Shown: positions 53,001 to 64,000 of the stretch, piece by piece
Numbering within the stretch: position 1 is the stretch's first letter
How the letters are laid out: every line of letters begins with the position of its first letter
Notes under the pieces: generated by a model
What the model was told of the DNA's origin: nothing
Database searches by the model: none
Seen by the model: the letters and a program-made list of their open reading frames with translations, nothing else
Origin: Auanema rhodensis
Taxonomy: Eukaryota > Animalia > Nematoda
NCBI GenBank assembly: GCA_964057225.1
Contig: OZ059900.1
Location: 8,866,001-8,930,000 of the forward strand
Direction: 5' to 3'
DNA length: 64,000 bases
Position numbers and translations under genes: made by a program

Positions 53001-56000
53001 TTTCATAAATTTAGTCGTTTTAGAAGAAAAAAATATGCTTAAGATCAAAAGTTTGAGTGATTTTGCCAAAATGCCCTTCAAACCCCAAAAAACCAATAAT
53101 TCTTGATATTTTCGGTCCTTTTTGACCAAAGTGGTTAAAATTGAACATATATATGTTAAAATAGTCAAAGTTTATAAATCCTGAATTTCAAATCCATATC
53201 TCAGAGGGTCTGATCAAAACATACAGTTTTCATATGTTTTGTTCCCAAAATCGTTGAATATATGGCGTTTTGAGCATAAAAAGGCCCATATTTCAATCAG
53301 TTTTGATAGTCGTGCAAAATACACCTATATGAACATTCTATGACAGTATTTCATATATTTAGTCGTTTTAGAAAAAAAAAATATGCTTAAGATCAAAAGT
53401 TTGAGTGATTTTGCCAACATGCCCTTCAAACCCCAAAAAACCAATAATTCTTGATATTTTCGGTCCTTTTTGACCAAAGTGGTTGAAATTGAACATATAT
53501 ATGTAAAAATAGTCAAAGATTATGAATCCTGAATTTCAAATCCATATCTCAAAGGGTCTGATCAAAACATACAGTTTTCACATGTTTTGTACCCAGAATC
53601 GTTGAATATATGGCGTTTTGAGCATAAAAAGGCCCATATTTCAATCAGTTTTGATATTCGTGCAAAATACACCTATATGAACATTCTATGACATTATTTC
53701 ATATATTTAGTCGTTTTAGAAAAAAAAAATATGATTAAGATCAAAAGTTTGACTGATTTTGCCAAAATGCCCTTCAAACCCCAAAAAACCAATAATTCTC
53801 GATATTTTCGGTCCTTTTTGACCAAAGTGGTTAAAATTGAACATATATATGTAAAAATAGTCAAAGTTTATAAATCCTGATTTTCAAATCCATATCTCAA
53901 AGGGTCTGATCAAAACATACAGTTTTCACATGTTTTGTACCCAGAATCGTTGAATATATGGCGTTTTGAGCATAAAAAGGCCCATATTTCAATCAGTTTT
54001 GATATTCGTGCAAAATACACCTATATGAACATTCTATGACATTATTTCATACTATTAGTCGTTTTAGAAGAAAAAAATATGCTTAAGATCAAAAGTTTGA
54101 CTGATTTTGCCAAAATGCCCTTCAAACCTCAAAAAACCAATAATTCTTGATATTTTCGGTCCTTTTTGACCAAAGTAGTTGAAATTGAACATATAGATGT
54201 GAAAATAGTCAAAGTTTATGAATCCTAAATTTCAGATCCATATCTCAAAGGGTCTGATCAAAACATACAGTTTTCACATGTTTTGTACCCAAAATCGTTG
54301 AATATATGGCGTTTTGAGCATAAAAAGGCCCATATTTCAATCAGTTTTGATATTCGTGCAAAATACACCTATATGAACATTCTATGACAGTATTTCATAA
54401 ATTTATTCGTTTTAGAAGAAAAAAATATGCTTAAGATCAAAAGTTTGAGTGATTTTGCCAAAATGCCCTTCAAACCCCAAAAAACCAATAATTCTTGATA
54501 TTTTCGGTCCTTTTTGACCAAAGTGGTTAAAATTGAACATATATATGTTAAAATAGTCAAAGTTTATAAATCCTGAATTTCAAATCCATATCTCAAAGGG
54601 TCTGATCAAAACATACAGTTTTCATATGTTTTGTACCCAAAATCGTTGAATATATGGCGTTTTGAGCATAAAAAGGCCCATATTTCAATCAGTTTTGATA
54701 GTCGTGCAAAATACACCTATATGAACATTCTATGACAGTATTTCATATATTTAGTCGTTTTAGAAAAAAAAAATATGCTTAAGATCAAAAGTTTGAGTGA
54801 TTTTGCCAAAATGCCCTTCAAACCTCAAAAAACCAATAATTCTTGATATTTTCGGTCCTTTTTGACCAAAGTAGTTGAAATTGAACATATAGATGTGAAA
54901 ATAGTCAAAGTTTATGAATCCTAAATTTCAGATCCATATCTCAAAGGGTCTGATCAAAACATACAGTTTTCACATGTTTTGTACCCAAAATCGTTGAATA
55001 TATGGCGTTTTGAGCATAAAAAGGCCCATATTTCAATCAGTTTTGATATTCGTGCAAAATACACCTATATGAACATTCTATGACAGTATTTCATAAATTT
55101 AGTCGTTTTAGAAGAAAAAAATATGCTTAAGATCAAAAGTTTGAGTGATTTTGCCAAAATGCCCTTCAAACCCCAAAAAACCAATAATTCTTGATATTTT
55201 CGGTCCTTTTTGACCAAAGTGGTTAAAATTGAACATATATATGTTAAAATAGTCAAAGTTTATAAATCCTGAATTTCAAATCCATATCTCAAAGGGTCTG
55301 ATCAAAACATACAGTTTTCATATGTTTTGTACCCAAAATCGTTGAATATATGGCGTTTTGAGCATAAAAAGGCCCATATTTCAATCAGTTTTGATAGTCG
55401 TGCAAAATACACCTATATGAACATTCTATGACAGTATTTCATATATTTAGTCGTTTTAGAGAAAAAAAATATGCTTAAGATCAAAAGTTTGAGTGATTTT
55501 GCCAAAATGCCCTTCAAACCTCAAAAAACCAATAATTCTTGATATTTTCGGTCCTTTTTGACCAAAGTAGTTGAAATTGAACATATAGATGTGAAAATAG
55601 TCAAAGTTTATGAATCCTAAATTTCAGATCCTTATCTCAAAGGGTCTGATCAAAACATACAGTTTTCACATGTTTTGTACCCAAAATCGTTGAATATATG
55701 GCGTTTTGAGCATAAAAAGGCCCATATTTCAATCAGTTTTGATATTCGTGCAAAATACACCTATATGAACATTCTATGACAGTATTTCATAAATTTAGTC
55801 GTTTTAGAAGAAAAAAATATGCTTAAGATCAAAAGTTTGAGTGATTTTGCCAAAATGCCCTTCAAACCCCAAAAAACCAATAATTCTTGATATTTTCGGT
55901 CCTTTTTGACCAAAGTGGTTAAAATTGAACATATATATGTTAAAATAGTCAAAGTTTATAAATCCTGAATTTCAAATCCATATCTCAAAGGGTCTGATCA

Positions 56001-58859
56001 AAACATACAGTTTTCATATGTTTTGTACCCAAAATCGTTGAATATATGGCGTTTTGAGCATAAAAAGGCCCATATTTCAATCAGTTTTGATAGTCGTGCA
56101 AAATACACCTATATGAACATTCTATGACAGTATTTCATATATTTAGTCGTTTTAGAAAAAAAAAATATGCTTAAGATCAAAAGTTTGAGTGATTTTGCCA
56201 ACATGCCCTTCAAACCCCAAAAAACCAATAATTCTTGATATTTTCGGTCCTTTTTGACCAAAGTGGTTGAAATTGAACATATATATGTAAAAATAGTCAA
56301 AGATTATGAATCCTGAATTTCAAATCCATATCTCAAAGGGTCTGATCAAAACATACAGTTTTCACATGTTTTGTACCCAAAATCGTTGAATATATGGCGT
56401 TTTGAGCATAAAAAGGCCCATATTTCAATCAGTTTTGATATTCGTGCAAAATACACTTATATGAACATTCTATGACATTATTTCATACTATTAGTCGTTT
56501 TAGAAGAAAAAAATATGCTTAAGATCAAAAGTTTGACTGATTTTGCCAAAATGCCCTTCAAACCTCAAAAAACCAATAATTCTTGATATTTTCGGTCCTT
56601 TTTGACCAAAGTAGTTGAAATTGAACATATAGATGTGAAAATAGTCAAAGTTTATGAATCCTAAATTTCAGATCCATATCTCAAAGGGTCTGATCAAAAC
56701 ATACAGTTTTCACATGTTTTGTACCCAAAATCGTTGAATATATGGCGTTTTGAGCATAAAAAGGCCCATATTTCAATCAGTTTTGATATTCGTGCAAAAT
56801 ACACCTATATGAACATTCTATGACATTATTTCATACTATTAGTCGTTTTAGAAGAAAAAAATATGCTTAAGATCAAAAGTTTGACTGATTTTGCCAAAAT
56901 GCCCTTCAAACCTCAAAAAACCAATAATTCTTGATATTTTCGGTCCTTTTTGACCAAAGTAGTTGAAATTGAACATATAGATGTGAAAATAGTCAAAGTT
57001 TATGAATCCTAAATTTCAGATCCATATCTCAAAGGGTCTGATCAAAACATACAGTTTTCACATGTTTTGTACCCAAAATCGTTGAATATATGGCGTTTTG
57101 AGCATGAAAAGGCCCATATTTCAATCAGTTTTGATATTCGTGCAAAATACACCTATATGAACATTCTATGACAGTATTTCATAAATTTAGTCGTTTTAGA
57201 AGAAAAAAATATGCTTAAGATCAAAAGTTTGAGTGATTTTGCCAAAATGCCCTTCAAACCCCAAAAAACCAATAATTCTTGATATTTTCGGTCCTTTTTG
57301 ACCAAAGTGGTTAAAATTGAACATATATATGTTAAAATAGTCAAAGTTTATAAATCCTGAATTTCAAATCCATATCTCAAAGGGTCTGATCAAAACATAC
57401 AGTTTTCATATGTTTTGTACCCAAAATCGTTGAATATATGGCGTTTTGAGCATAAAAAGGCCCATATTTCAATCAGTTTTGATAGTCGCGCAAAATACAC
57501 CTATATGAACATTCTATGACAGTATTTCATATATTTAGTCGTTTTAGAAAAAAAAAATATGCTTAAGATCAAAAGTTTGAGTGATTTTGCCAACATGCCC
57601 TTCAAACCCCAAAAAACCAATAATTCTTGATATTTTCGGTCCTTTTTGACCAAAGTGGTTGAAATTGAACATATATATGTTGAAATAGTCAAAGTTTATA
57701 AATCCTGAATTTCAAATCCATATCTCAAAGGGTCTGATCAAAACATACAGTTTTCATATGTTTTGTACCCAAAATCGTTGAATATATGGCGTTTTGAGCA
57801 TAAAAAGGCCCATATTTCAATCAGTTTTGATAGTCGTGCAAAATATACCTATATGAACATTCTATGACAGTATTTCATATATTTAGTCGTTTTAGAAAAA
57901 AAAAATATGCTTAAGATCAAAAGTTTGAGTGATTTTGCCAAAATGCCCTTCAAACCCCAAAAAACCAATAATTCTCGATATTTTCGGTCCTTTTTGACCA
58001 AAGTGGTTAAAATTGAACATATATATGTAAAAATAGTCAAAGTTCATAAATCCTGATTTTCAAATCCATATCTCAAAGGGTCTGATCAACACATACAGTT
58101 TTCACATGTTTTGTACCCAAAATCGTTGAATATATGGCGTTTTCAGCATAAAAAGGCCCATATTTCAATCAGTTTTGATATTCGTGCAAAATACACCTAT
58201 ATGAACATATTATGACAGTATTTCATACATTTAGTCGTTTTAGAAAAAAAAAATATGCTTAAGATCAAAAGTTTGAGTGATTTTGCCAACATGCCCTTCA
58301 AACCCCAAAAAACCAATAATTCTTGATATTTTCGGTCCTTTTTGACCAAAGTGGTTAAAATTGAACATATATATGTTGAAATAGTCAAAGTTTATAAATC
58401 CTGAATTTCAAATCCATATCTCAAAGGGTCTGATCAAAACATACAGTTTTCACATGTTTTGTACCCAAAATCGTTGAATATATGGCGTTTTGAGCATAAA
58501 AAGGCCCATATTTCAATCAGTTTTGATATTCGTGCAAAATACACCTATATGAACATTCTATGACAGTATTTCATATATTTAGTCGTTTTAGAAAAAAAAA
58601 TATGCTTAAGATCAAAAGTTTGAGTGATTTTGCCAACATGCCCTTCAAACCCCAAAAAACCAATAATTCTTGATATTTTCGGTCCTTTTTGACCAAAGTA
58701 GTTAAAATTGAACATATAGATGTGAAAATAGTCAAAGTTTATGAATCCTAAATTTCAGATCCATATCTCAAAGATTCTAATCAACACATACAGTTTTCAC
58801 ATGTTTTGTACCCAAAATCGTTGAATATATGGCGTTTTGAGCATAAAAAGGCCCATATT

Positions 58860-61800
58860 TCAATCAGTTTTGATATTCGTGCAAAATACACCTATATGAA
58901 CATTCTATGACAGTATTTCATATATTTAGTCGTTTTAGAAGAAAAAAATATGCTTAAGATCAAAAGTTTGAGTGATTTTGCCAAAATGCCCTTCAAACCC
59001 CAAAAAACCAATAATTCTTGATATTTTCGGTCCTTTTTGACCAAAGTGGTTAAAATTGAACATATATATGTTAAAATAGTCAAAGTTTATAAATCCTGAA
59101 CTTCAAATCCATATCTCAAAGATTCTAATCAACACATACAGTTTTCACATGTTTTGTACCCAAAATCGTTGAATATATGGCGTTTTGAGCATAAAAAGGC
59201 CCATATTTCAATCAGTTTTGATATTCGTGCAAAATACACCTATATGAACATTCTATGACAGTATTTCATATATTTAGTCGTTTTAGAAGAAAAAAATATG
59301 CTTAAGATCAAAAGTTTGAGTGATTTTGCCAACATGCCCTTCAAACCCCAAAAAACCAATAATTCTTGATATTTTCGGTCCTTTTTGACCAAAGTGGTTG
59401 AAATTGAACATATATATGTAAAAATAGTCAAAGATTATGAATCCTGAATTTCAAATCCATATCTCAAAGGGTCTGATCAAAACATACAGTTTTCACATGT
59501 TTTGTACCCAAAATCGTTGAATATATTGCGTTTTGAGCATAAAAAGGCCCATATTTCAATCAGTTTTGATATTCGTGCAAAATACACCTATATGAACATT
59601 TTATGACAGTATTTCATATATTTAGTCGTTTTAGAAAAAAAAAATATGCTTAAGATCAAAAGTTTGACTGATTTTGCCAAAATGCCCTTCAAACCCCAAA
59701 AAACCAATAATTCTTGATATTTTCGGTCCTTTTTGACCAAAGTGGTTAAAATTGAACATATATATGTTAAAATAGTCAAAGTTCATAAATCCTGAACTTC
59801 AAATCCATATCTCAAAGGGTCTGATCAAAACATACAGTTTTCACATGTTTTGTACCCAGAATCGTTGAATATATGGCGTTTTCAGCATAAAAAGGCCCAT
59901 ATTTCAATCAGTTTTGATATTCGTGCAAAATACACCTATATGAACATTTTATGACAGTATTTCATACTATTAGTCGTTTTAGAAGAAAAAAATATGCTTA
60001 AGATCAAAAGTTTGACTGATTTTGCCAAAATGCCCTTCAAACCTCAAAAAACCAATAATTCTTGATATTTTCGGTCCTTTTTGACCAAAGTAGTTAAAAT
60101 TGAACATATAGATGTGAAAATAGTCAAAGTTTATGAATCCTAAATTTCAGATCCATATCTCAAAGGGTCTGATCAAAACATACAGTTTTCACATGTTTTG
60201 TACCCAAAATCGTTGAATATATACCGTTTTGAGCATAAAAAGGCCCATATTTCAATCAGTTTTGATATTCGTGCAAAATACACCTATATGAACATTCTAT
60301 GACAGTATTTCATAAATTTAGTCGTTTTAGAAGAAAAAAATATGCTTAAGATCAAAAGTTTGAGTGATTTTGCCAAAATGCCCTTCAAACCCCAAAAAAC
60401 CAATAATTCTCGATATTTTCGGTCCTTTTTGACCAAAGTGGTTAAAATTGAACATATATATGTAAAAATAGTCAAAGTTCATAAATCCTGAATTTCAAAT
60501 CCATATCTCAAAGGGTCTGATCAAAACATACAGTTTTCATATGTTTTGTACCCAGAATCGTTGAATATATGGCGTTTTCAGCATAAAAAGGCCCATATTT
60601 CAATCAGTTTTGATATTCGTGCAAAATACACCTATATGAACATTTTATGACAGTATTTCATACTATTAGTCGTTTTAGAAGAAAAAAATATGCTTAAGAT
60701 CAAAAGTTTGACTGATTTTGCCAAAATGCCCTTCAAACCTCAAAAAACCAATAATTCTTGATATTTTCGGTCCTTTTTGACCAAAGTAGTTAAAATTGAA
60801 CATATAGATGTGAAAATAGTCAAAGTTTATGAATCCTAAATTTCAGATCCATATCTCAAAGGGTCTGATCAAAACATACAGTTTTCACATGTTTTGTACC
60901 CAAAATCGTTGAATATATACCGTTTTGAGCATAAAAAGGCCCATATCTCAATCAGTTTTGATATTCGTGCAAAATACACCTATATGAACATTCTATGACA
61001 GTATTTCATAAATTTAGTCGTTTTAGAAGAAAAAAATATGCTTAAGATCAAAAGTTTGAGTGATTTTGCCAAAATGCCCTTCAAACCCCAAAAAACCAAT
61101 AATTCTTGATATTTTCGGTCCTTTTTTACCAAAGTGGTTAAAATTGAACATATATATGTTAAAATAGTCAAAGTTTATAAATCCTGAATTTCAAATCCAT
61201 ATCTCAAAGGGTCTGATCAAAACATACAGTTTTCATATGTTTTGTACCCAAAATCGTTGAATATATGGCGTTTTGAGCATAAAAAGGCCCATATTTCAAT
61301 CAGTTTTGATAGTCGTGCAAAATACACCTATATGAACATTCTATGACAGTATTTCATATATTTAGTCGTTTTAGAAAAAAAAAATATGCTTAAGATCAAA
61401 AGTTTGAGTGATTTTGCCAAAATGCCCTTCAAACCTCAAAAAACCAATAATTCTTGATATTTTCGGTCCTTTTTGACCAAAGTAGTTGAAATTGAACATA
61501 TAGATGTGAAAATAGTCAAAGTTTATGAATCCTAAATTTCAGATCCATATCTCAAAGGGTCTGATCAAAACATACAGTTTTCACATGTTTTGTACCCAAA
61601 ATCGTTGAATATATGGCGTTTTGAGCATAAAAAGGCCCATATTTCAATCAGTTTTGATATTCGTGCAAAATACACCTATATGAACATTCTATGACAGTAT
61701 TTCATATATTTAGTCGTTTTAGAAGAAAAAAATATGCTTAAGATCAAAAGTTTGAGTGATTTTGCCAAAATGCCCTTCAAACCCCAAAAAACCAATAATT

Positions 61801-63330
61801 CTTGATATTTTCGGTCCTTTTTGACCAAAGTGGTTAAAATTGAACATATATATGTTAAAATAGTCAAAGTTTATAAATCCTGAACTTCAAATCCATATCT
61901 CAAAGATTCTAATCAACACATACAGTTTTCACATGTTTTGTACCCAAAATCGTTGAATATATGGCGTTTTGAGCATAAAAAGGCCCATATTTCAATCAGT
62001 TTTGATATTCGTGCAAAATACACCTATATGAACATTCTATGACAGTATTTCATATATTTAGTCGTTTTAGAAGAAAAAAATATGCTTAAGATCAAAAGTT
62101 TGAGTGATTTTGCCAACATGCCCTTCAAACCCCAAAAAACCAATAATTCTTGATATTTTCGGTCCTTTTTGACCAAAGTGGTTGAAATTGAACATATATA
62201 TGTAAAAATAGTCAAAGATTATGAATCCTGAATTTCAAATCCATATCTCAAAGGGTCTGATCAAAACATACAGTTTTCACATGTTTTGTACCCAAAATCG
62301 TTGAATATATTGCGTTTTGAGCATAAAAAGGCCCATATTTCAATCAGTTTTGATATTCGTGCAAAATACACCTATATGAACATTTTATGACAGTATTTCA
62401 TATATTTAGTCGTTTTAGAAAAAAAAAATATGCTTAAGATCAAAAGTTTGACTGATTTTGCCAAAATGCCCTTCAAACCCCAAAAAACCAATAATTCTTG
62501 ATATTTTCGGTCCTTTTTGACCAAAGTGGTTAAAATTGAACATATATATGTTAAAATAGTCAAAGTTCATAAATCCTGAACTTCAAATCCATATCTCAAA
62601 GGGTCTGATCAAAACATACAGTTTTCACATGTTTTGTACCCAGAATCGTTGAATATATGGCGTTTTCAGCATAAAAAGGCCCATATTTCAATCAGTTTTG
62701 ATATTCGTGCAAAATACACCTATATGAACATTTTATGACAGTATTTCATACTATTAGTCGTTTTAGAAGAAAAAAATATGCTTAAGATCAAAAGTTTGAC
62801 TGATTTTGCCAAAATGCCCTTCAAACCTCAAAAAACCAATAATTCTTGATATTTTCGGTCCTTTTTGACCAAAGTAGTTAAAATTGAACATATAGATGTG
62901 AAAATAGTCAAAGTTTATGAATCCTAAATTTCAGATCCATATCTCAAAGGGTCTGATCAAAACATACAGTTTTCACATGTTTTGTACCCAAAATCGTTGA
63001 ATATATACCGTTTTGAGCATAAAAAGGCCCATATTTCAATCAGTTTTGATATTCGTGCAAAATACACCTATATGAACATTCTATGACAGTATTTCATAAA
63101 TTTAGTCGTTTTAGAAGAAAAAAATATGCTTAAGATCAAAAGTTTGAGTGATTTTGCCAAAATGCCCTTCAAACCCCAAAAAACCAATAATTCTCGATAT
63201 TTTCGGTCCTTTTTGACCAAAGTGGTTAAAATTGAACATATATATGTAAAAATAGTCAAAGTTCATAAATCCTGAATTTCAAATCCATATCTCAAAGGGT
63301 CTGATCAAAACATACAGTTTTCATATGTTT
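58860..63330 (-). repeat. Local duplication with 8-monomer offset (2784 bp); bounds approximate
   Basis: ORF pairs 58892/61676, 59240/62024, 59588/62372 and 60284/63068; gattctaatcaacac at 59121 and 61905; atattgcg at ~59523 and ~62307. Confidence 0.88.
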
Positions 63331-64000
63331 TGTACCCAAAATCGTTGAATATATGGCGTTTTGAGCATAAAAAGGCCCATATTTCAATCAGTTTTGATAG
63401 TCGTGCAAAATACACCTATATGAACATTCTATGACAGTATTTCATATATTTAGTCGTTTTAGAAAAAAAAAATATGCTTAAGATCAAAAGTTTGAGTGAT
63501 TTTGCCAAAATGCCCTTCAAACCCCAAAAAACCAATAATTCTCGATATTTTCGGTCCTTTTTGACCAAAGTGGTTAAAATTGAACATATATATGTAAAAA
63601 TAGTCAAAGTTTATAAATCCTGATTTTCAAATCCATATCTCAAAGGGTCTGATCAACACATACAGTTTTCACATGTTTTGTACCCAAAATCGTTGAATAT
63701 ATGGCGTTTTCAGCATAAAAAGGCCCATATTTCAATCAGTTTTGATATTCGTGCAAAATACACCTATATGAACATTCTATGACAGTATTTCATAAATTTA
63801 GTCGTTTTAGAAGAAAAAAATATGCTTAAGATCAAAAGTTTGAGTGATTTTGCCAAAATGCCCTTCAAACCCCAAAAAACCAATAATTCTCGATATTTTC
63901 GGTCCTTTTTGACCAAAGTGGTTAAAATTGAACATATATATGTAAAAATAGTCAAAGTTCATAAATCCTGAATTTCAAATCCATATCTCAAAGGGTCTGA

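Larger units (their letters stand above)
1..64000. repeat. 348-bp AT-rich tandem satellite array (~184 monomers), running off both window ends
   Basis: The monomer start ctgtatgttttgatcagacc recurs at 1, 349, 696 and so on. ORF-track copies are spaced at 348 bp or multiples (347 where a 1-bp deletion occurs). I found no non-satellite stretch anywhere in the window. Confidence 0.99.
5757..64000 (-). repeat. Reverse-oriented satellite block, interrupted by four short forward segments
   Basis: Monomers read ...ccccaaaaaaccaataattcttgatattttcggtcc..., the reverse complement of the first block; ORF copies lie on -. Confidence 0.97.

Noticed and set aside
23040-58610. A9/A10 length variation in tagaaaaaaaaa(a)tatg as a phase-variable switch
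   Set aside because: It is a homopolymer created by a G>A change in a non-coding repeat. It is explained by slippage propagated through block duplication, and some cases could be sequencing error.
59-63955. ~100 near-identical 60-100 aa ORFs (MTIFTYIC... and the antisense MTLFHIFS...) as a tandem peptide gene family
   Set aside because: The main frame starts at TTG, has no recognisable domain and has a composition typical of AT-rich DNA. Many monomers carry stops or frameshifts, and variants are freely non-synonymous. The antisense and longer ORFs appear only through 1-bp indels, stop loss or junctions.
1-64000. CRISPR array or other repeat-spacer system
   Set aside because: There are no unique spacers, the whole 348 bp is repeated, and no cas or other genes are present.

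Overview
The whole 64-kb window is one AT-rich (~30% GC, counted on the first monomer) tandem satellite array with a 348-bp monomer, about 184 copies, differing mostly by point substitutions. It looks like eukaryotic (peri)centromeric or heterochromatic satellite, but the organism cannot be established from the sequence. There are no credible genes: the ~63-aa ORFs are one accidental frame, mostly TTG-started, repeated in each monomer and broken in many. The interest lies in the array architecture. (1) A head-to-head orientation switch at ~5710 whose junction is itself tandemly duplicated (45 bp). (2) A short-inversion cassette with base-identical junctions at ~22.0, 47.2 and 48.5 kb, plus a copy at 49.7 kb sharing only the left junction; it varies by exactly one monomer and is amplified as a 1237-bp higher-order unit. 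(3) A ~300-bp fold-back with an 11-nt loop at ~50.01 kb. (4) An out-of-register 1010-bp duplication at 16.1-18.1 kb. (5) Three variant domains, with boundaries at ~19.45 and ~53.2 kb, and shifting local duplication periods of 2-15 monomers. (6) Breakpoints clustered in a ~25-bp segment of a dyad-rich monomer. Strand '+' below means the orientation ctgtatgttttgatcagaccc...; all alignments were made by eye.
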